Shown here: in pieces, positions 24,801 to 39,021 of the stretch | How positions within the stretch are numbered: position 1 is the stretch's first letter | How the letters are laid out: every line of letters begins with the position of its first letter | Assembly: GCA_951406725.2 (NCBI GenBank) | Contig: OX597818.1 | Location: 103,974,001 to 104,038,000, forward strand | Length of the DNA: 64,000 bases | From: Octopus vulgaris | Taxonomy: Eukaryota | Direction of reading: 5' to 3' | Notes under the pieces: model-generated | The model's input: the letters and a program-made list of their open reading frames with translations, nothing else | What the model was told of the DNA's origin: nothing | Database searches by the model: none | Translations under genes and position numbers: made by a program

Positions 24801-25815
24801 CCTTGAATCAGATAAAGAGCCGGAAACCACTGCTACCAAGCAAGCAAAGCGAATCAAGCAGACTGCAAAAAAGAACGGGCAGAATCAAATTGAGAGGCGG
24901 TGGAGCCAGAAGCCCTTGCATGGACAATATATTCTCCGAAGCCAAAATGCTGATGTAGACCAAGCAACAACCCATCAGTGACTGAAGAGTTCTGGATTGA
25001 AAGCAGAGGCTGAAGGCTTCATACTGGCAGCACAAGATCAAAGCTTGTTTACCAGAAATTACCAGGCTAACGTTCTCCGAAACGGTACTGACCCTAAATG
25101 CAGATTCTGCGACACATTTGACGAAACAATTGACCATCTCGTTTCGGGATGTCCTGTGCTGACACCAAACGAATACAAAAATCGCCACGATAGGGTAGGA
25201 CAGTATATACATTGGAAGATATGTAAACACTACAAATTCGGCACTCCTGCTAACTGGTATGAACACCATCCTCAGCCAGTTGTTGAAGGTAAAAATGTCA
25301 CCATCCTCTGGGATCTTCCAGTCAACACTGACAGAATGATCAAGGTTAATCGACCAGACATAATTGTTAAAGACAGGGAAGAAAATACCTGCAGACTAAT
25401 AGAGGTAAGCGTCCCCACTGATAAAAATATATCTGTAAAGGAATTTGACAAACTTAGTAAATATAAGGACCTGGAAATCGAAATACAAAAGATGTTGAAT
25501 CTTAAAACAAAAACTGTTCCTGTTATTGTAAGTGCCCTAGGTATGATAAAAAAGGGATGTCAGAAACACCTAGACAATATCCCTGGAGAACCATGTCTCA
25601 AGGAAATCCAAAAGATTGTGCTAACAAGTACTGCCCACATCTTTAGAAAACCCTATCAATGTAAATGTTTCTGTTTGTATTACATGGAGATATTTCTCTG
25701 CTTCCCCTCTCCAAGCTTTCAGCTATATTTCAACAACTCTTAACCTTCACTTGCCGTAGGGCGCTGGGTGTGCCCCGGCAAGTGATTGCATCAAACATGC
25801 AGATTAAAAGTAAAT
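21817..25815 (+). mobile_element. Near-full-length R4/Dong-clade non-LTR retrotransposon (RT, CCHC, RLE), inactivated
   Basis: One ancestral ORF. N-terminal RIKWTRED..FY and LSNVRRDIIKNKRLTDAEI; RT motifs KTPGLDRIPNFW, NYHPITCL, QKGC..GCKDQL, WIDYRKAYDSVPH, GIFQGDSLSPLLF and HLFYMDD; CRFC..ETIDHLVSGC, RHD, RPDII and KLSKYKDL. The 3' end runs into AAT-type repeats. Stops or frameshifts at about 22624, 23147, 23258, 24130, 24979 and 25650. The 5' boundary is unknown. Confidence 0.92.
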
Positions 25816-26182
25816 GACAATGGTAATGATAATAATAATAATAGTAGTAGTAGTAATAATCCACTGGGCACAACAAAGAATGTGCAATTTTGGTTTACAT
25901 AATACCAATTGAGGAACAGAAAATTTCGCAGTCAGAGTAAAGTACACAGATAATATACTATATAAGAATCTGCACTTGATAAGTCTTCCAATCAAGGAAG
26001 CTTATAGTTCTATTATCGACCAAAGCACTGAGATGAAATGCTTGCTCCTAATTAGGGATCTAAGATCGTATATTTATATTGGTTACACCTACTTTAAGCA
26101 ATTTTGCAGTGGTGTCCCATGATTTGGCAATATTATTGGTGAAGAGCAGTTGTTTTTCTTCTTTTTCTCCTAAGTTCAAATT

Positions 26183-26612
26183 GAGAACTACATTAAGGGT
26201 ACACGTGTCTGTAGAATGCTCAGCCACTTGCATGTTAATTTTTCGAGCAGGTTGTTCCATTGATCGAATCAACTGAAACCCTTGTCATCGCAACCGACGG
26301 TGAGCCACGAGTATATCTGGTACTCCGTCGGTTACGAGGGCGACGGTTCCAGTAGATCCAATTAACGGAACAGCCTTCTCGTGAAATTATCGTCCAAGTG
26401 GCTCATCTCACGTACCCTTAACATAGTTCAAAGCGTGACATAAAGGATGTGAGAGGGCCGGCCCTTTGAGATGCAAGTACAACTCAGTTTTGTCAGCAGA
26501 ACGGAGTGAACCAACTGTAATAAAATATCTTGCTCAAGGACACAAGGAGCCGCCGGGAAGCGAAATCGCAATCTTACGATCGTGAACTGATTACCATAAA
26601 CACTAAGCCATG
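26183..26612. mobile_element. Tail-to-tail SINE pair (family S4, tail Z)
   Basis: The plus-strand 3' fragment 26183-26308 is the inverse of the tail of a minus-strand full copy at 26318-26612. That copy shows the CORE-like complement TCTTGCTCAAGGACACAA and the tRNA head complement CACTAAGCCATG. Confidence 0.75.
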
Positions 26613-27964
26613 AACCTGTTTATTTTTTATTTTTTAATACTAATGTGTATAACACCGATTTGGGCAAATTCGTCACGTTTTATTTTATCATATTTTTTAA
26701 ATTTTAAATCATTTTCCTTTGATATCCAAAGTACTCTTATTTTCGTAGACAATATTTAATTCCCTTTGGAGACGTTTATAGCGTTGTGTTGAATATATAT
26801 GTTTCTGTCTCTAACGTCATTGGTTTTGTGAATGCACCATTACCCTGACTGGTGAAAAAAAGCCAGCGCATTAAAACAGCCTACAATTATGTTTTAATTA
26901 CTTCTTTATTTCTGTCATTTATTGATCAGCTTAGACTTTTAATCTGACGTAGAGGGCAACCTTAATACATGAGATCGAACACTGTTCGAAAGAAACTGCC
27001 GTCCTTTTCATAATTGAAGATAAGCACTTCTTTCAGAGAATTTGGTTTTAATAGATAAGTCCTTAGGGCATAAGCTCAGTAATTCTACTTTCGTTCTTCA
27101 CCAAACAATTATCTTTCGTTCGTGTTTAGGGCAATTCTGTGATAGAGAACTCTTGTCAGTCTTGTCGCGGTTTAGCTTTCTTAGTCTTTTCTAATCCCTT
27201 TAACACTAAAGGATGAAATCTTTCTAGCTACTCTAATCTTTCTGAATTTCTCTCCTTCATTTTAATTATCTATTATACATATATTTGTAAATGGAGTGTA
27301 CAAAGTATTTAACGATTACTTTGAAGACCATGTATATTTAACAATTCATTACGATGTGAAAGAATAGCTATATATGTTGTAATTGTCAAATATGTACTTG
27401 TATAAGTGGCGACTATGAAACCTATAAAAGAAAGATAGTGGCTTTGATCTACATAATTACATAATCGAGAAATATAATAATAAAGCAAATTATTCTTAAC
27501 ACTACTTCATACGAATATAAACAGAACTCGCTTTGAAGATGTACAATTTAGGTGAAGGAAGAAATTCAAAATAATTAAACGATAATAGAAACAGAATATA
27601 CTTTCAAATTTTCCATAGAATTTACATGACTAGAGTAATTAAAATATAAATATTAATATATGGCTTTTTTCGTGTTATCAATCGCTTATAAAATTATCAA
27701 TGACGTTTAAGTTATTCTCTGTTCTACTCTTCATATGTGGGTGTATGTTATGTGTGTCTGTATATATGTATATTTATCTATCTCTCTATCTATTTATCTC
27801 TCTCGCTCTCACTCTACATATATATATATATATATGTAGAGAGAGAGAGAGAGAAAAAGAGAGAGAGAGAGGTATCTTACCTATCTATCTAGAGGTAAAA
27901 CAAAATTTACTTCTGTTCGTCGCACGTACATTTCTTTGCTTCTATACATTCAGTGAAGCTTTAC

Positions 27965-28985
27965 ATTTTTTTCCCATCCATCGATCTTCCACACTCAAGA
28001 TTACTCGGAATGCCATGGAGTTACAACCATCTGGCAGCTCTTCAATAAGGCCTATTCTGAAGCAATCATCATTAGACTTTCTTGATGAATTCCCAAGCGT
28101 GACCAAATGGGAATATGGCTATTATCCAACCATCTTGCACACGGTCTACCCTTCTTGGCGGCTTGTCCGTCTTTCAAATCTTTTCTGCGACATTTTAATC
28201 ACATGTCTCTAATTTTGTGACTTCTCAAATGGCAAAGTAACGAGTCGACCAAGAAAGACAACCTAAGCCTTCTTTTGTGTAAGCTTATGGCAGAGATATT
28301 TGGAGAAACACCATTTGCGACCGTCATTCTCAACGTTCATGACCATAGTTGGATATAAGCATGGAAGCAGAAATGAAGATAGCGAGTTTGGCTCTTTTAT
28401 CGAACCTCGCCTTTCTTAAGGATTGAATGCTGGAGATGGCGCACTAGTGTGTCAAAACCTGCAATTCCCACATCCGATTCAGACTCCTGCTTTCTTATTT
28501 TTTACTGCTCACAAGAGGCTACACACAGAGGGGAAAAACAAGGACACACAAACAGATTAAGTCGATTATATCGACCCCAGTGCGTAACTGGTACTTATTT
28601 AATTGACCCCGAAAGGATGAAAGGCAAAGTCGACCGCGGCGGAATTTGAATTTAGAACATAGCGGCAGACGAAATACCGCTAAGCATTTCGTCCGGCGTG
28701 CTAACATTTTTGCCAGCTCGTCGCCTTTCTATCCCTCGAGAACACGTCACCGAGATACTTAAACATCACTGATTGTCCCAATGATGTATCACTAACATAC
28801 AAACTGCACTGGAAAAACAGTTTTGAGAGGACCAACGTCAAAGTCTTCGCAACACTAATTCTTAACCCTGCCGTCGATGAATTGGCATCGAACTAATTCA
28901 GTGTATTCTGAAGGTTATAATCTGATGATCCATATTGTACTATGTCGCTTGCAAATATCTGCTGACCGAGCCTGCATACATCGAT
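27965..28985 (-). mobile_element. Decayed RTE-clade (Rex3/Expander-like) LINE 3' part, interrupted by a SINE
   Basis: Minus strand reads IFASDIVQYGSSDYNLQNTLN*F..AGLRISVAKT..CSLYV..LGQSVMFKYLGDVFSRD. Beyond the SINE come YGHE and the C-terminal GRP..RW.D..RLG pattern. Confidence 0.7.
28495..28726 (-). mobile_element. SINE S2 monomer
   Basis: CCCGAAAGGATGAAAGGCAAAGTCGACC..GCCAGCTCGTCGCC. Confidence 0.85.
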
Positions 28986-29297
28986 TGTGATACCTCTGCG
29001 AAGACAGGTGCGCATGTTAATCTAGTTCATAAAAATTATGAAATGGTGAAGTGACCATGCACATGAGGTGACGATGCACAAGCCTGCGGCTGATATGACT
29101 AGTATAAGTTATATGCTATCTTTCTTAACTACTAGAGTATGTGTAGTATCCGCGCCCTCTCTTTCTCGTTGTTACACTCTAGCTCTCTCACCCTCTCCAC
29201 CCCTCTCTTTCTGCTTCTCTCTGTCTTTATATCTGCCTCTCTATCTATTTATGTCTCTGTCTTCCTCACACGATCCCTCTCTCTCCCTCTTTCTCTT

Positions 29298-29333
<36 letters not shown>

Positions 29334-29710
29334 CTCTGTACACTCGTGCACAGATGTGAGTATGTGCAAATGTATTTAGTCTCAAATTAATTCTATTGAT
29401 ACTAATTCAAATTAATCCCCTAAAGTGTATTTGGAGCAATTCATGCCCGCAGAAAAAAACGAAAGTAGTTTTTATCCTACTCCCAAATGATGTTTTAAAC
29501 GTAAAATGCTTTGGCAATTTTGAATTAATTTAGTTTGAACTCCAGTTTAATTGGAAATATAATCAAATTCCAATTCCTAAATAGCAATAACCTTTCCATC
29601 AGGGATTTTGTATATAGTAAATAACATTGTCGTTCAACTTAAATATATTTCAAAAATGTTTCACAATACATTTACCTTCATTTCCAGTGGATCAATATTT
29701 TAATCCTCCT

Positions 29711-30110
29711 GGCGGCTAGCTGGCAGAAACGTTAGCACGCCGGGCGAAATGCGTAGCCGTATTTCGTCTGCCGTTACGTTCTGAGTTCAAATTCCGGCGA
29801 GGTCGACTTTGCCTTTCAGCCTTTCGGGGTAGATAAATTAAGTACTAATTACACACTGGAGTCGATATAATCGACTTAATTCGTTTGTCTGTCCTTGTTT
29901 GTCCTTTCTGTGTTTAGCCCCTTGTGGGTAGTAAAGAAATAGGTATTTCGTCTGTCTTTACGTTCTAAGTTCAAGTTCCGCCGAGGCTGATGCTGCTTTC
30001 TATTCTTTTGGTGTCGATAATTTAAGTACCAGTTGCGTATTGGGTTCGAGCTAATCGACTAGCCCCCTCCCTCAAAATCTCGGTCCTTGTGCCTAGAGTA
30101 GAAAAGAAAA
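29711..30110 (+). mobile_element. Full dimeric SINE S2 with TSD
   Basis: Head GGCGGCTAGCTGGCAGAAACG and B-box-like GAGTTCAAATTCC. Flanks AATATTTTAATCCTCCT / AATATTTTAATACTTCT form an imperfect TSD. Confidence 0.88.
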
Positions 30111-31096
30111 GAATATTTTAATACTTCTACTCTGAGGTTGCAGATCGATTTCCTGCTAGCATGTGGCATGATTCTTTTAAGCATAACTTGCATTGCTTTG
30201 TTCAATTGCGTAGGGTTATACGGTACCAGTTTCTTTGAAAACTACAGAAATTATTTCTACCATAATATTGACATTTTTTCATTAATGTGCTTCCGAGTTT
30301 TGTGATTTGTATTGATGTTTTGAATCCGGAGCATTACGTAAGCAGCTTTAAAATCCTCAAAATTATTATCGTAATAAGCATTATAAGTCCAGCATCTTCT
30401 TTCGAAATTACATTAACTGGTCCTATAGCAGAACCGGTATCATTACAAGTAGCAGCATCATTAACAGTATCATCCTCACCACTACTATCTGTACAATTAC
30501 CATTAACACCATGAACGTCATCATCACCGTCATCAACGTCATCCTCATCATACTCATCACCATCATCATCCTTATCATCTACATCACCATCACCATCAAT
30601 ATCATCATTATCATCATCATCATCATCAACATCATCATCATTGTCGTTGTCATCGTTACCATGATGTCCATGACCATAGTAATTCTAATTATGATCATCA
30701 CCATCAACTACAAATAACTGATTTATGAAACAATTCAACAGAGTATTTTGTTTGCCTGGACCTCACACGCGTACCTACAATGGAACATAGGAACTGAGAA
30801 TATTTACAGATTACGCTTTGAAATTTTGTATTTTCTCAGTCAAGTAAAGAAGCTATCTAGTATATTTCGTAATAATTAGCGTTTGGTTAACTCTACATCG
30901 GAACAGACGACATCTAGTTGCCGATTTCGGCATCAGCTATTGTTAACGTTAAATATTCACTATTATACAGTTGTGTCTGCCTGACGTTTTCAGATTTTAT
31001 TCTAGTTTGTTCTTTCATATTATCTGCCAAATGAGGACTAGTAGGAAATACTCGTTTGATTACTTTTTTTGCGTACCTCTCATCAATTACACATTC

Positions 31097-31327
31097 GTGT
31101 ATGTACGTATGTGTATATGTTTCTGTGCCTGTGCTTGTCCCCTTAACATCGCTTGACAACAGATGGTGGCGTGTTTACGTCCCCGTAACATAGCGGTTCG
31201 ACAAAAGAATCTGATAGAATAAGTACTAGTCTTACAAAGAATAAGTCCTGGGGTCGGTTTGCTCGACTGAAGGCGGTGCTCCAGCATGGCCACAGTCACA
31301 TGACTGAAACAAGTAAAAGAGTAAAAA
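31097..31327 (+). mobile_element. SINE S1, 3' half
   Basis: GCTTGACAAC..GTTTACGTCCCCGTAAC..GACTGAAACAAGTAAAAGAG. Confidence 0.8.
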
Positions 31328-32050
31328 ATATATTCACACACATGTCTATAAGTGTTTGGTTGTATGTGTGCGCATGCCTATGTGTATATGTGTGGGGGTT
31401 GCTTGCGCGCGGTTTTATATGAGTGTAGAGAAAAACTTTATTTTCAAACATGGAAGTTAAGGTTTGATATTTCTTATTTAGTATTCTTCGTTTAAATTTC
31501 CTAATTACACCTTAATGTTTTCTTTGGAAACTAACATTCCTATACCAATGTGCAGCTCAAGAACTTCGCGACCTCTGATAATAAAATCATTATCTGCTTT
31601 TTTGTAGGATCATGGGAATATGGCTTCACTGATGAAATCTTCATCGGCGGACATAAAATATTTAACAGCTAACTTCTCCTTACTTTCATAGTTCATTTCA
31701 TATGTAGCCTATCTGGATATTGATTTTTGATTGGTGTTTTTTTTCGTACTCATAAAACATTGGAAGTGAAACTTAAACTATCTTCTCAATTTTTTTTTTA
31801 TTGGATGCCTGCTGTAAAACGCCGCAACACACCATGATTGCTTTTTCTTTCTGAAAATAAACCCCATCAAGTCTTTAAAAGTTAATGGACTCCGGAACGA
31901 TATCGTTCCAAACTGAATAATAACAATATACGACAATATCAAAGCTCGTTACTAAAATTACCTAAATCGAACAAACACTGTCGATGTCTTCCTCTCTCTT
32001 TCTCTACATATATCTCTCTCTCATACTCTGTATCTCTTTCTGTATGTATG

Positions 32051-32128
<78 letters not shown>

Positions 32129-32198
32129 TGCATAGATAGCTATATATGCATGTATATGTATATATATGTATGTATATATATGTATATGTATGTATATA

Positions 32199-32270
<72 letters not shown>

Positions 32271-32764
32271 TGTATGTATGTATGTATGTATATAGGTATA
32301 AATATGATGGCTTCCCCTCCTTTTCGAGTATGGTCATTGCAGGAGACTTAATTATTAACAGTGCTGTGATCGAACGTGACTTTTTAGCCCAGCTAAAGAT
32401 CTAAATTATATTGTCTTATACAGGAGAAGTCAACTCAGGTAACTGGGATAACTCCCACATAAAGCCTATGGCGCAATGGTTACCGATGATGTTGACTTGT
32501 TCTTCTTTTCGGGTTATGGCTGCTGTTGTTTAGTGAGTGGGATTGACTCAGTGCAGCTTTTCCTGACTTAAAAAACATCTTCTGGCACAGGAATTGCATG
32601 ATAACAGCATTGCGTGCGTAATCATCAATTAACTTAACTGGTGATTGTTGATAGTGCTGTGAGTCTTAACTGAATGGCCGGCTGTAGCCTTAAAAAGCAA
32701 ACAATCAATGATATATATACATACATATATATATATTTACACACACACACACACACACACAGAG

Positions 32765-32814
<50 letters not shown>

Positions 32815-32949
32815 CTTGGTCAGTCAGTGGTTGGACTTCACTACCTAATATGTTCTTAAAATTTAAATCTACATCTTTGTCTGTATATTTACCTTCTCTA
32901 TAATGTTGCTACTGGATTTGAAAGCTTTTATATTAATGGAAAACCTATA

Positions 32950-33026
32950 TAATTGGCTGATGGGCACTTAACATCTTAAATCTGTTGTAATAAAATGATG
33001 TAGTGCGAAACAATTGTACCAAATTA
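32950..33026 (+). ncRNA. Type I hammerhead-like motif (core CTGATGG) in a block between TA tracts (32813-33056)
   Basis: TAATTGG CTGATGG GCACT.AACATC-loop-GATGT AGTGC GAAA CAATTG TA CCAAATTA. Stems I and II pair, and stem III is the palindrome ACAATTGT. Confidence 0.65.
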
Positions 33027-33083
33027 CCGGAGTCATTCTTGCTGCTTATTTTGATTATATATATATGTATATATATATATATA

Positions 33084-35487
33084 TTTTCAGTTGAAAAAAC
33101 TCTCCTCTCAGACCACGACATGGTACTCTGCAATTTTAATTCCCGACATATAAAAACCAAACCAGCCAATCCCACTCCATGGCACTCATTTGACAACATA
33201 AACTTCCCCAAAGCGGACTGGGGAGCAATCAGAAAGGATCTGTCTTTCATTGACTGGTCTTTTACTCTCAATTCCACCCATATTGAGACCGCATGGCAGC
33301 ACTTTGAAAGCATTGTCACCTATACATGCTCTAAACGCGCTCCCACGAAATCTACTAACACAAACAGAAACCGGCTCCCTAAAAAGAAAAAAACACTCAT
33401 CAGGCGCATCAAAAGACTCAACAAAAAAAAGCAACCAATTAAAATATTCCCACATACAACATCCACATTCAACAACAAGGAAAAGGCTAGAGCTGGAAAA
33501 ACCTCATCTGCAGACCGACATGAAAACCTCCATTGAAAATCAAAGAGCTGTGGAGGGACAGTGGGTAATCAAAAACATCAAACAGAACCCAAAAGTGTTC
33601 TATTCTTATGCAAATAAGCATAAAACCACTGTCCCACCCATTGGGCCATTGATAGATGATAACGGCATTCCCCAACACGATGCTAAAGAAATGGCAGAAA
33701 TACTGCAGAAACAATACTGATCTGTCTTTAGTGTTCCCACTGATATTGGCGTAAGAGAAGCGAACGAAGTTGACTCCCAACATAAAATCTCAGACATAAC
33801 CTTCACTGCCACTGACATCATAGCAGCAATAGATGAGGTCAAATACTACTCTGCTGTAGGCCCTGACAGATTCCCCGCTAGTCTCCTGAAGGAATGTAGA
33901 CTCCAACTTGCAGTCCCTCTGACCAACTTCTGGAGAAATTCGGTAGACGCAGGTTATATACCGAAACAGTTCATATCCCAGTCAGTCATCCCGGTTTTCA
34001 AACAGGGAAACAGATCCCTCGCACTCAACTATCGCCCAATCTCACTCACCTCCCACATCATTAAAGTGTTTGAAAGAGTGTTAAGATCAAGGATAGCTGA
34101 CTTCCTGGAGATCCACAAACTCCTAACTGCAAATCAGCATGACTTTCGCTGTGGCAGGGACTGTCTAACGCAGCTCTTACACCACATTGAAGATGTACTC
34201 AAACCCTTGGGAACAGGTTCGAACTCTGATGTCATATATCTTGACTTCAGTAAAGCGTTCGACGGGGTAGACCATAATATCCTACTCTCAAAATTGGCAA
34301 ATGTTGGAATCCATGGAAAAGTTCTACACTGGATTAAGTATTTCCTAGCGAATAGAACATAACATGTAGTTGATGGAGTTCACTCAAGCCCAGCAAAATT
34401 CACCGGCGGTGTCCCCCAGGGGACTGTCTTGGGTCCGCTACTCTTCATAATTTACATAAACGACATTTCCAGTGTCGTACATTACTGCAAAGTGAAAATA
34501 TTTGCTGATGACACTAAGCTCCAGCAAATCGTCAATGAAGAAGCGGATCGAACTCAACTCCAGTCTGATCTATATGTTGTGAGTCAATGGGCAGACAGAA
34601 ACAAAATGCAACTGAACGAGGGAAAATTTGAGCTGATGCATTTTGGAAGAAATTCCTCATTAAAACAGCCATACTCTCTTCCTTCAGGGGAACCGCTCAC
34701 AGCCTCTAACAATATCAGAGACCTGGGTGTAATTGTTGATGACGATCTCAGTTGGAGTGCACACATCAACAAGAAGGTCGATATAGCTCGTAGGATGAGT
34801 TCCTGGATCTTAAGAACTTTCCGGTCCAGAGAACAAGGTATCATCATACCACTTTTCTCCTCCTTTGTACGACCACACCTCGAATACTGCTGTCCACTGT
34901 GGTCTCCCCATACAAGGCAAAACATCTCGAGGATCGAATCACCCCAGAGGCACTCACTAAACGAATTGAAGGCATGGCTGCTCTCGATTATTGGGATCGC
35001 CTTAAAGCCTTGAAACTCTACTCTCTCCAGCGTCGCCGTGAGCGGTACATCATTTGTACGATGTGGAGAATATACCGCTAACTTTGCCCAACCGACCTGA
35101 ACATTAGCTTCAAGGTTCATCCACGACTGGGACCACGGGCCATACGTCCCCTGCACAATTCAAGATCACAGCATACATGTATACTGCAACATAATTTCTT
35201 TTCCTCAACAGGCCCTGTCCTATTTAACATTGTCCCGAGGGAGATCAAAGAGGAAAAGGATCCCATCAACTTTAAACGGAGTCTGGACAGATTCTTTCAG
35301 GGAATACCAGATAAGCCACCCATAATAGGGTACAACTCACCCAACAAAAACTCATTACTTGAATGGACCATAAACAAAACTTCACTTAAACAGGATTCAA
35401 ATAATCCTATCAGGTGGTGCTATTAAGTTAGACATGGCCTGGACCAATCTTTGGTCGAAATATATCTGAGTTTTATCTAAGTTTTAT
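33084..35487 (+). mobile_element. 5'-truncated CR1-clade LINE (APE C-terminus and RT), inactivated
   Basis: SDHDMV, NPKVFYSY, AVGPDRFP, NYRPISLTSHIIKVFE, YLDFSKAFD, GVPQGTVLGPLLFIIYIND, FADDTK, RDLGV and VRPHLEYCCPLWSP. 3' tandem tail ATCTGAGTTTT/ATCTAAGTTTT. Several stops and frameshifts. Confidence 0.9.
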
Positions 35488-35489
35488 AG

Positions 35490-35538
<49 letters not shown>

Positions 35539-36025
35539 TGTATGTATGTATGTATGTATGTATGTATGTATGTATGTATGTATGTATGTATGTATGTATA
35601 TGCATGCATATGCATATCTGAGTTGAAGAAAGTGCCAGTGGCTTGAAATCGTTTAAGGTGGACTTGCCCTTGCCAGATGGTAGCCCGCACACTGGGCTAC
35701 ATGACCTATTTCTGCCGCATCTATGAAATGAGACATGCCGGATCCACTTATGAAACTGCAACGGACGGACACTTACCCAGTTATAGTTTTAAGTGGAGGG
35801 ACTGCATGTATTAATGACTCCAAGGGCGATGACGTCAGGAATTCTAAATTTCTGGTAACGCTGCCTAAATAAAAGGACGAAGACCCAGACTGAGTGCAAA
35901 CTAACCCCGAAAACCGCAACGGTTGAACCAATGGATGATGTCTCAACGGCCGAGTCAGCGGATGAAGAAGACAACGCATTACATATACACACACATATAT
36001 ATATATATATGAACATACATATACA

Positions 36026-36065
<40 letters not shown>

Positions 36066-36346
36066 TAAATATGTGTGTTTGTGTGTGTGAGTTTCTGTGT
36101 ATGACTGAGTTTGTGCGTGCATGGGTGTGTGTGTGTGCGTGTATTCTTTCACTAGCTGTAGCTTCTTAAGCCATTGTTATCCATAGGAGCATCATGTGTT
36201 CCCGTTCTTTCGTTATGAAAGTTCTAAGAATCTATCCGGCCAGCTGTATGCATTTTATTGCAAACTCAGTAATATATACCATGAAAAATACATGTTATGT
36301 AATTTATAGATATTTACGTATATACATACAGATATACATACATACA

Positions 36347-36442
<96 letters not shown>

Positions 36443-36657
36443 CATTGTAAGTTTCACAAAGAGTAGAGTTATCTGCAACTATTGGTGGTCCAAATCGGAG
36501 GTGCAATCTATGTAGGTGCCTTTTCAGAACATTGAAGGCTCTAAAAAGCCACGTCAGGTGTCATGATGGTGATAAGGCGTAGGTAGAGGCGGTGGTCAAA
36601 CTCTGCATAATGAGTAGACAACAACCTATATATATATATATATATATATATGAATAT

Positions 36658-36706
<49 letters not shown>

Positions 36707-36721
36707 TATTTTTACGTGTGT

Positions 36722-36762
<41 letters not shown>

Positions 36763-36764
36763 GG

Positions 36765-36812
<48 letters not shown>

Positions 36813-38251
36813 TTGTACGTCTGTGAGTGTGTATATATATGTATATACATGTGGTGTGGTGGCTTAATTGATACATGTTCGCTAAACTTTCACATATTCT
36901 TGTAGATACACGTGAAAGCCCCACTCTCTAGACACACTGCAACCGTCTGTCTAGCAGCAAACGAAGCTCGTCCGCCAGCAGTGGTGGTTGCATTGTTAAA
37001 TACAGATTCCTCCTTTCTGAATTGCATTACTAGTAAGTGGCCTCTGATATCTCATGCTGTAAAATAATCGGTTACGATCTCATAGTGGCGCAGAATGATT
37101 GGATTTTCACTGATGTCGCATTTAGCTGGCAGGCTGTACAACAATTCGTTATTAGCGATGAAAGTATATAAATACAACTGTTTTTCTGTTGCTCTGTGAT
37201 AACCAGCTTCGTTATAGAAATATTAGCTAATGAAAATAAAGGGAGAAGGACATATGTACATCATTTAAATAGCGTTCAGAATACAAGTGCATATACACTA
37301 CAACAAATACATTTTTCAGCTTAAATTTGTAGCCATAAATAATACATGAGTGTTTGTTCAGCGTCTTGCTTTATTTTAATTGTCATACGACTCGTTAAAT
37401 ATTGAACTCTAGTAATAAGTCTACGCATTGCTTCGCATATTGGACTAGTAGAAACTCTATCTAATTTACCTCGAATAATGAGACGTGAAATCACTGGCAC
37501 AAATTGGTTTGTTTATTTATGTTCTGAATTAATAATCGTTGGTATCTCTCTAACCATCTTGACCTGAAAATATGCCACGAGGAATGAACATAAGAACCAG
37601 TTATCAATTTGGCTTCCATTCAATTGAGTATATCACCCCGTTTCAAAATATGTCGTCCCGTGATAATCCATCTAACATTATTTTTTGATCTTAGAAAATC
37701 ATTTTATGGAGAATATCCTTTAAATGAACAAGGTTAATCGAATACTGTCTATTTTTCAATTCAGCCCGTCAGATAAAACGTATAGAAATGCAATTTAGAA
37801 TTTATGCCGTTATTTTGCCTTAGTTATATGCTTTCACTTTCTTGATATGACATCTTCGGTTTCTTTAAAGCATTTTTAGACACGTAAAGAGATTAGTGAC
37901 TTACTGTCAAATTGATATTTCTAGTGCCGGTTCGCTACATTTTATCAAAAGTGTAAATGGCAGAGAACGAAATAAGAACTATTCCAAAAATGAATGAATG
38001 CATACTCACCACGACATATGGTTACGAAACTATAAAATATTCTGATTGGCAAGTTAGTTCGCAGGGGATTTTACAATACTGTTTCAGTGTTTAACTTAAT
38101 AGTATTTTTTAGAATGTTGCTTTCTGTTTTAAAAAGACAGATTTAGAAATCCGTTCGTCTTCATAGAAAGACAAGATTTCCTGATATCTGTCACATGAAT
38201 CAAGAGACAGTTATTTACATTTATTTCTCAGCCCTGGGCGGAAACAAACAT

Positions 38252-38299
<48 letters not shown>

Positions 38300-38505
38300 A
38301 TATGCATGTGTTTCAGAGACCACACTGAAAACTTTAGTCGAAAGAATAGACTTCAGAAAATTTTTTTTTTAGCCGGATACTTATTCTATCGGTTTATTCA
38401 GCCGAGCCGCTAATGTCTGGGTCGGCAAAAACACCAACAGAGGTTGTGAAGCGGTTATAGAGAAAAAGCACAGACACACGTAAATATATATATGCATATG
38501 TATGT

Positions 38506-38556
<51 letters not shown>

Positions 38557-38557
<1 letters not shown>

Positions 38558-38800
38558 CATTACTCGTAGTCAAGTAAAACTTGACATTACTCGGTAGTCA
38601 AGATTTGAAAACGTTATGAATTTTTTCTGAGTTTTCAGATGCCGAAGTGGAAGAGATGGTGTTGTGGATTTCCACTTCGGCATCTGAAACTCAGAGTTTT
38701 ATCTTGACTACCGAGTAATGTAACATATTGTATAGATAAATTTCCTCTATTTACATAATATCGAGGTCTCTTTCTTTCTTTTGTTATCTTACCGTTTTAT

Positions 38801-38803
<3 letters not shown>
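38557..38803. repeat. Fold-back insert in (TA)n, probable PLE end
   Basis: ACATTACTCGGTAGTCAAGA..CTGAGTTTTCAGATGCCGAAGTGGAA is inverted to TTCCACTTCGGCATCTGAAACTCAG..TCTTGACTACCGAGTAATGT. The right arm continues about 80 bp as an unpaired tail. Confidence 0.7.
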
Positions 38804-38833
<30 letters not shown>

Positions 38834-39021
38834 CAACGAAAAATTATAAAATTATAAAATTATAAAAAGGCAGAATGCTAAATTTAATGAAAATGGATGT
38901 ATGGAAAATTAAAAATTTTTTTTTCAAATATATATATATGCATATGTATGTATGTATATTTTATCATTTGGCTTTTACTGGTTTCAACCCGAGGCTGAGG
39001 TCATGCAGGTGCACCACCCGC

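Noticed and set aside
23258-24981. TGA stops at conserved Trp positions of the R4 element rescued by A-to-I editing or read-through
   Set aside because: The same copy has frameshifts and a TAA stop, so ordinary G-to-A decay suffices.
32424-32438. 15-nt microexon (TACAG/GAGAAGTCAACTCAG/GTAACT)
   Set aside because: Splice-like signals this short arise by chance, and there is no independent support.
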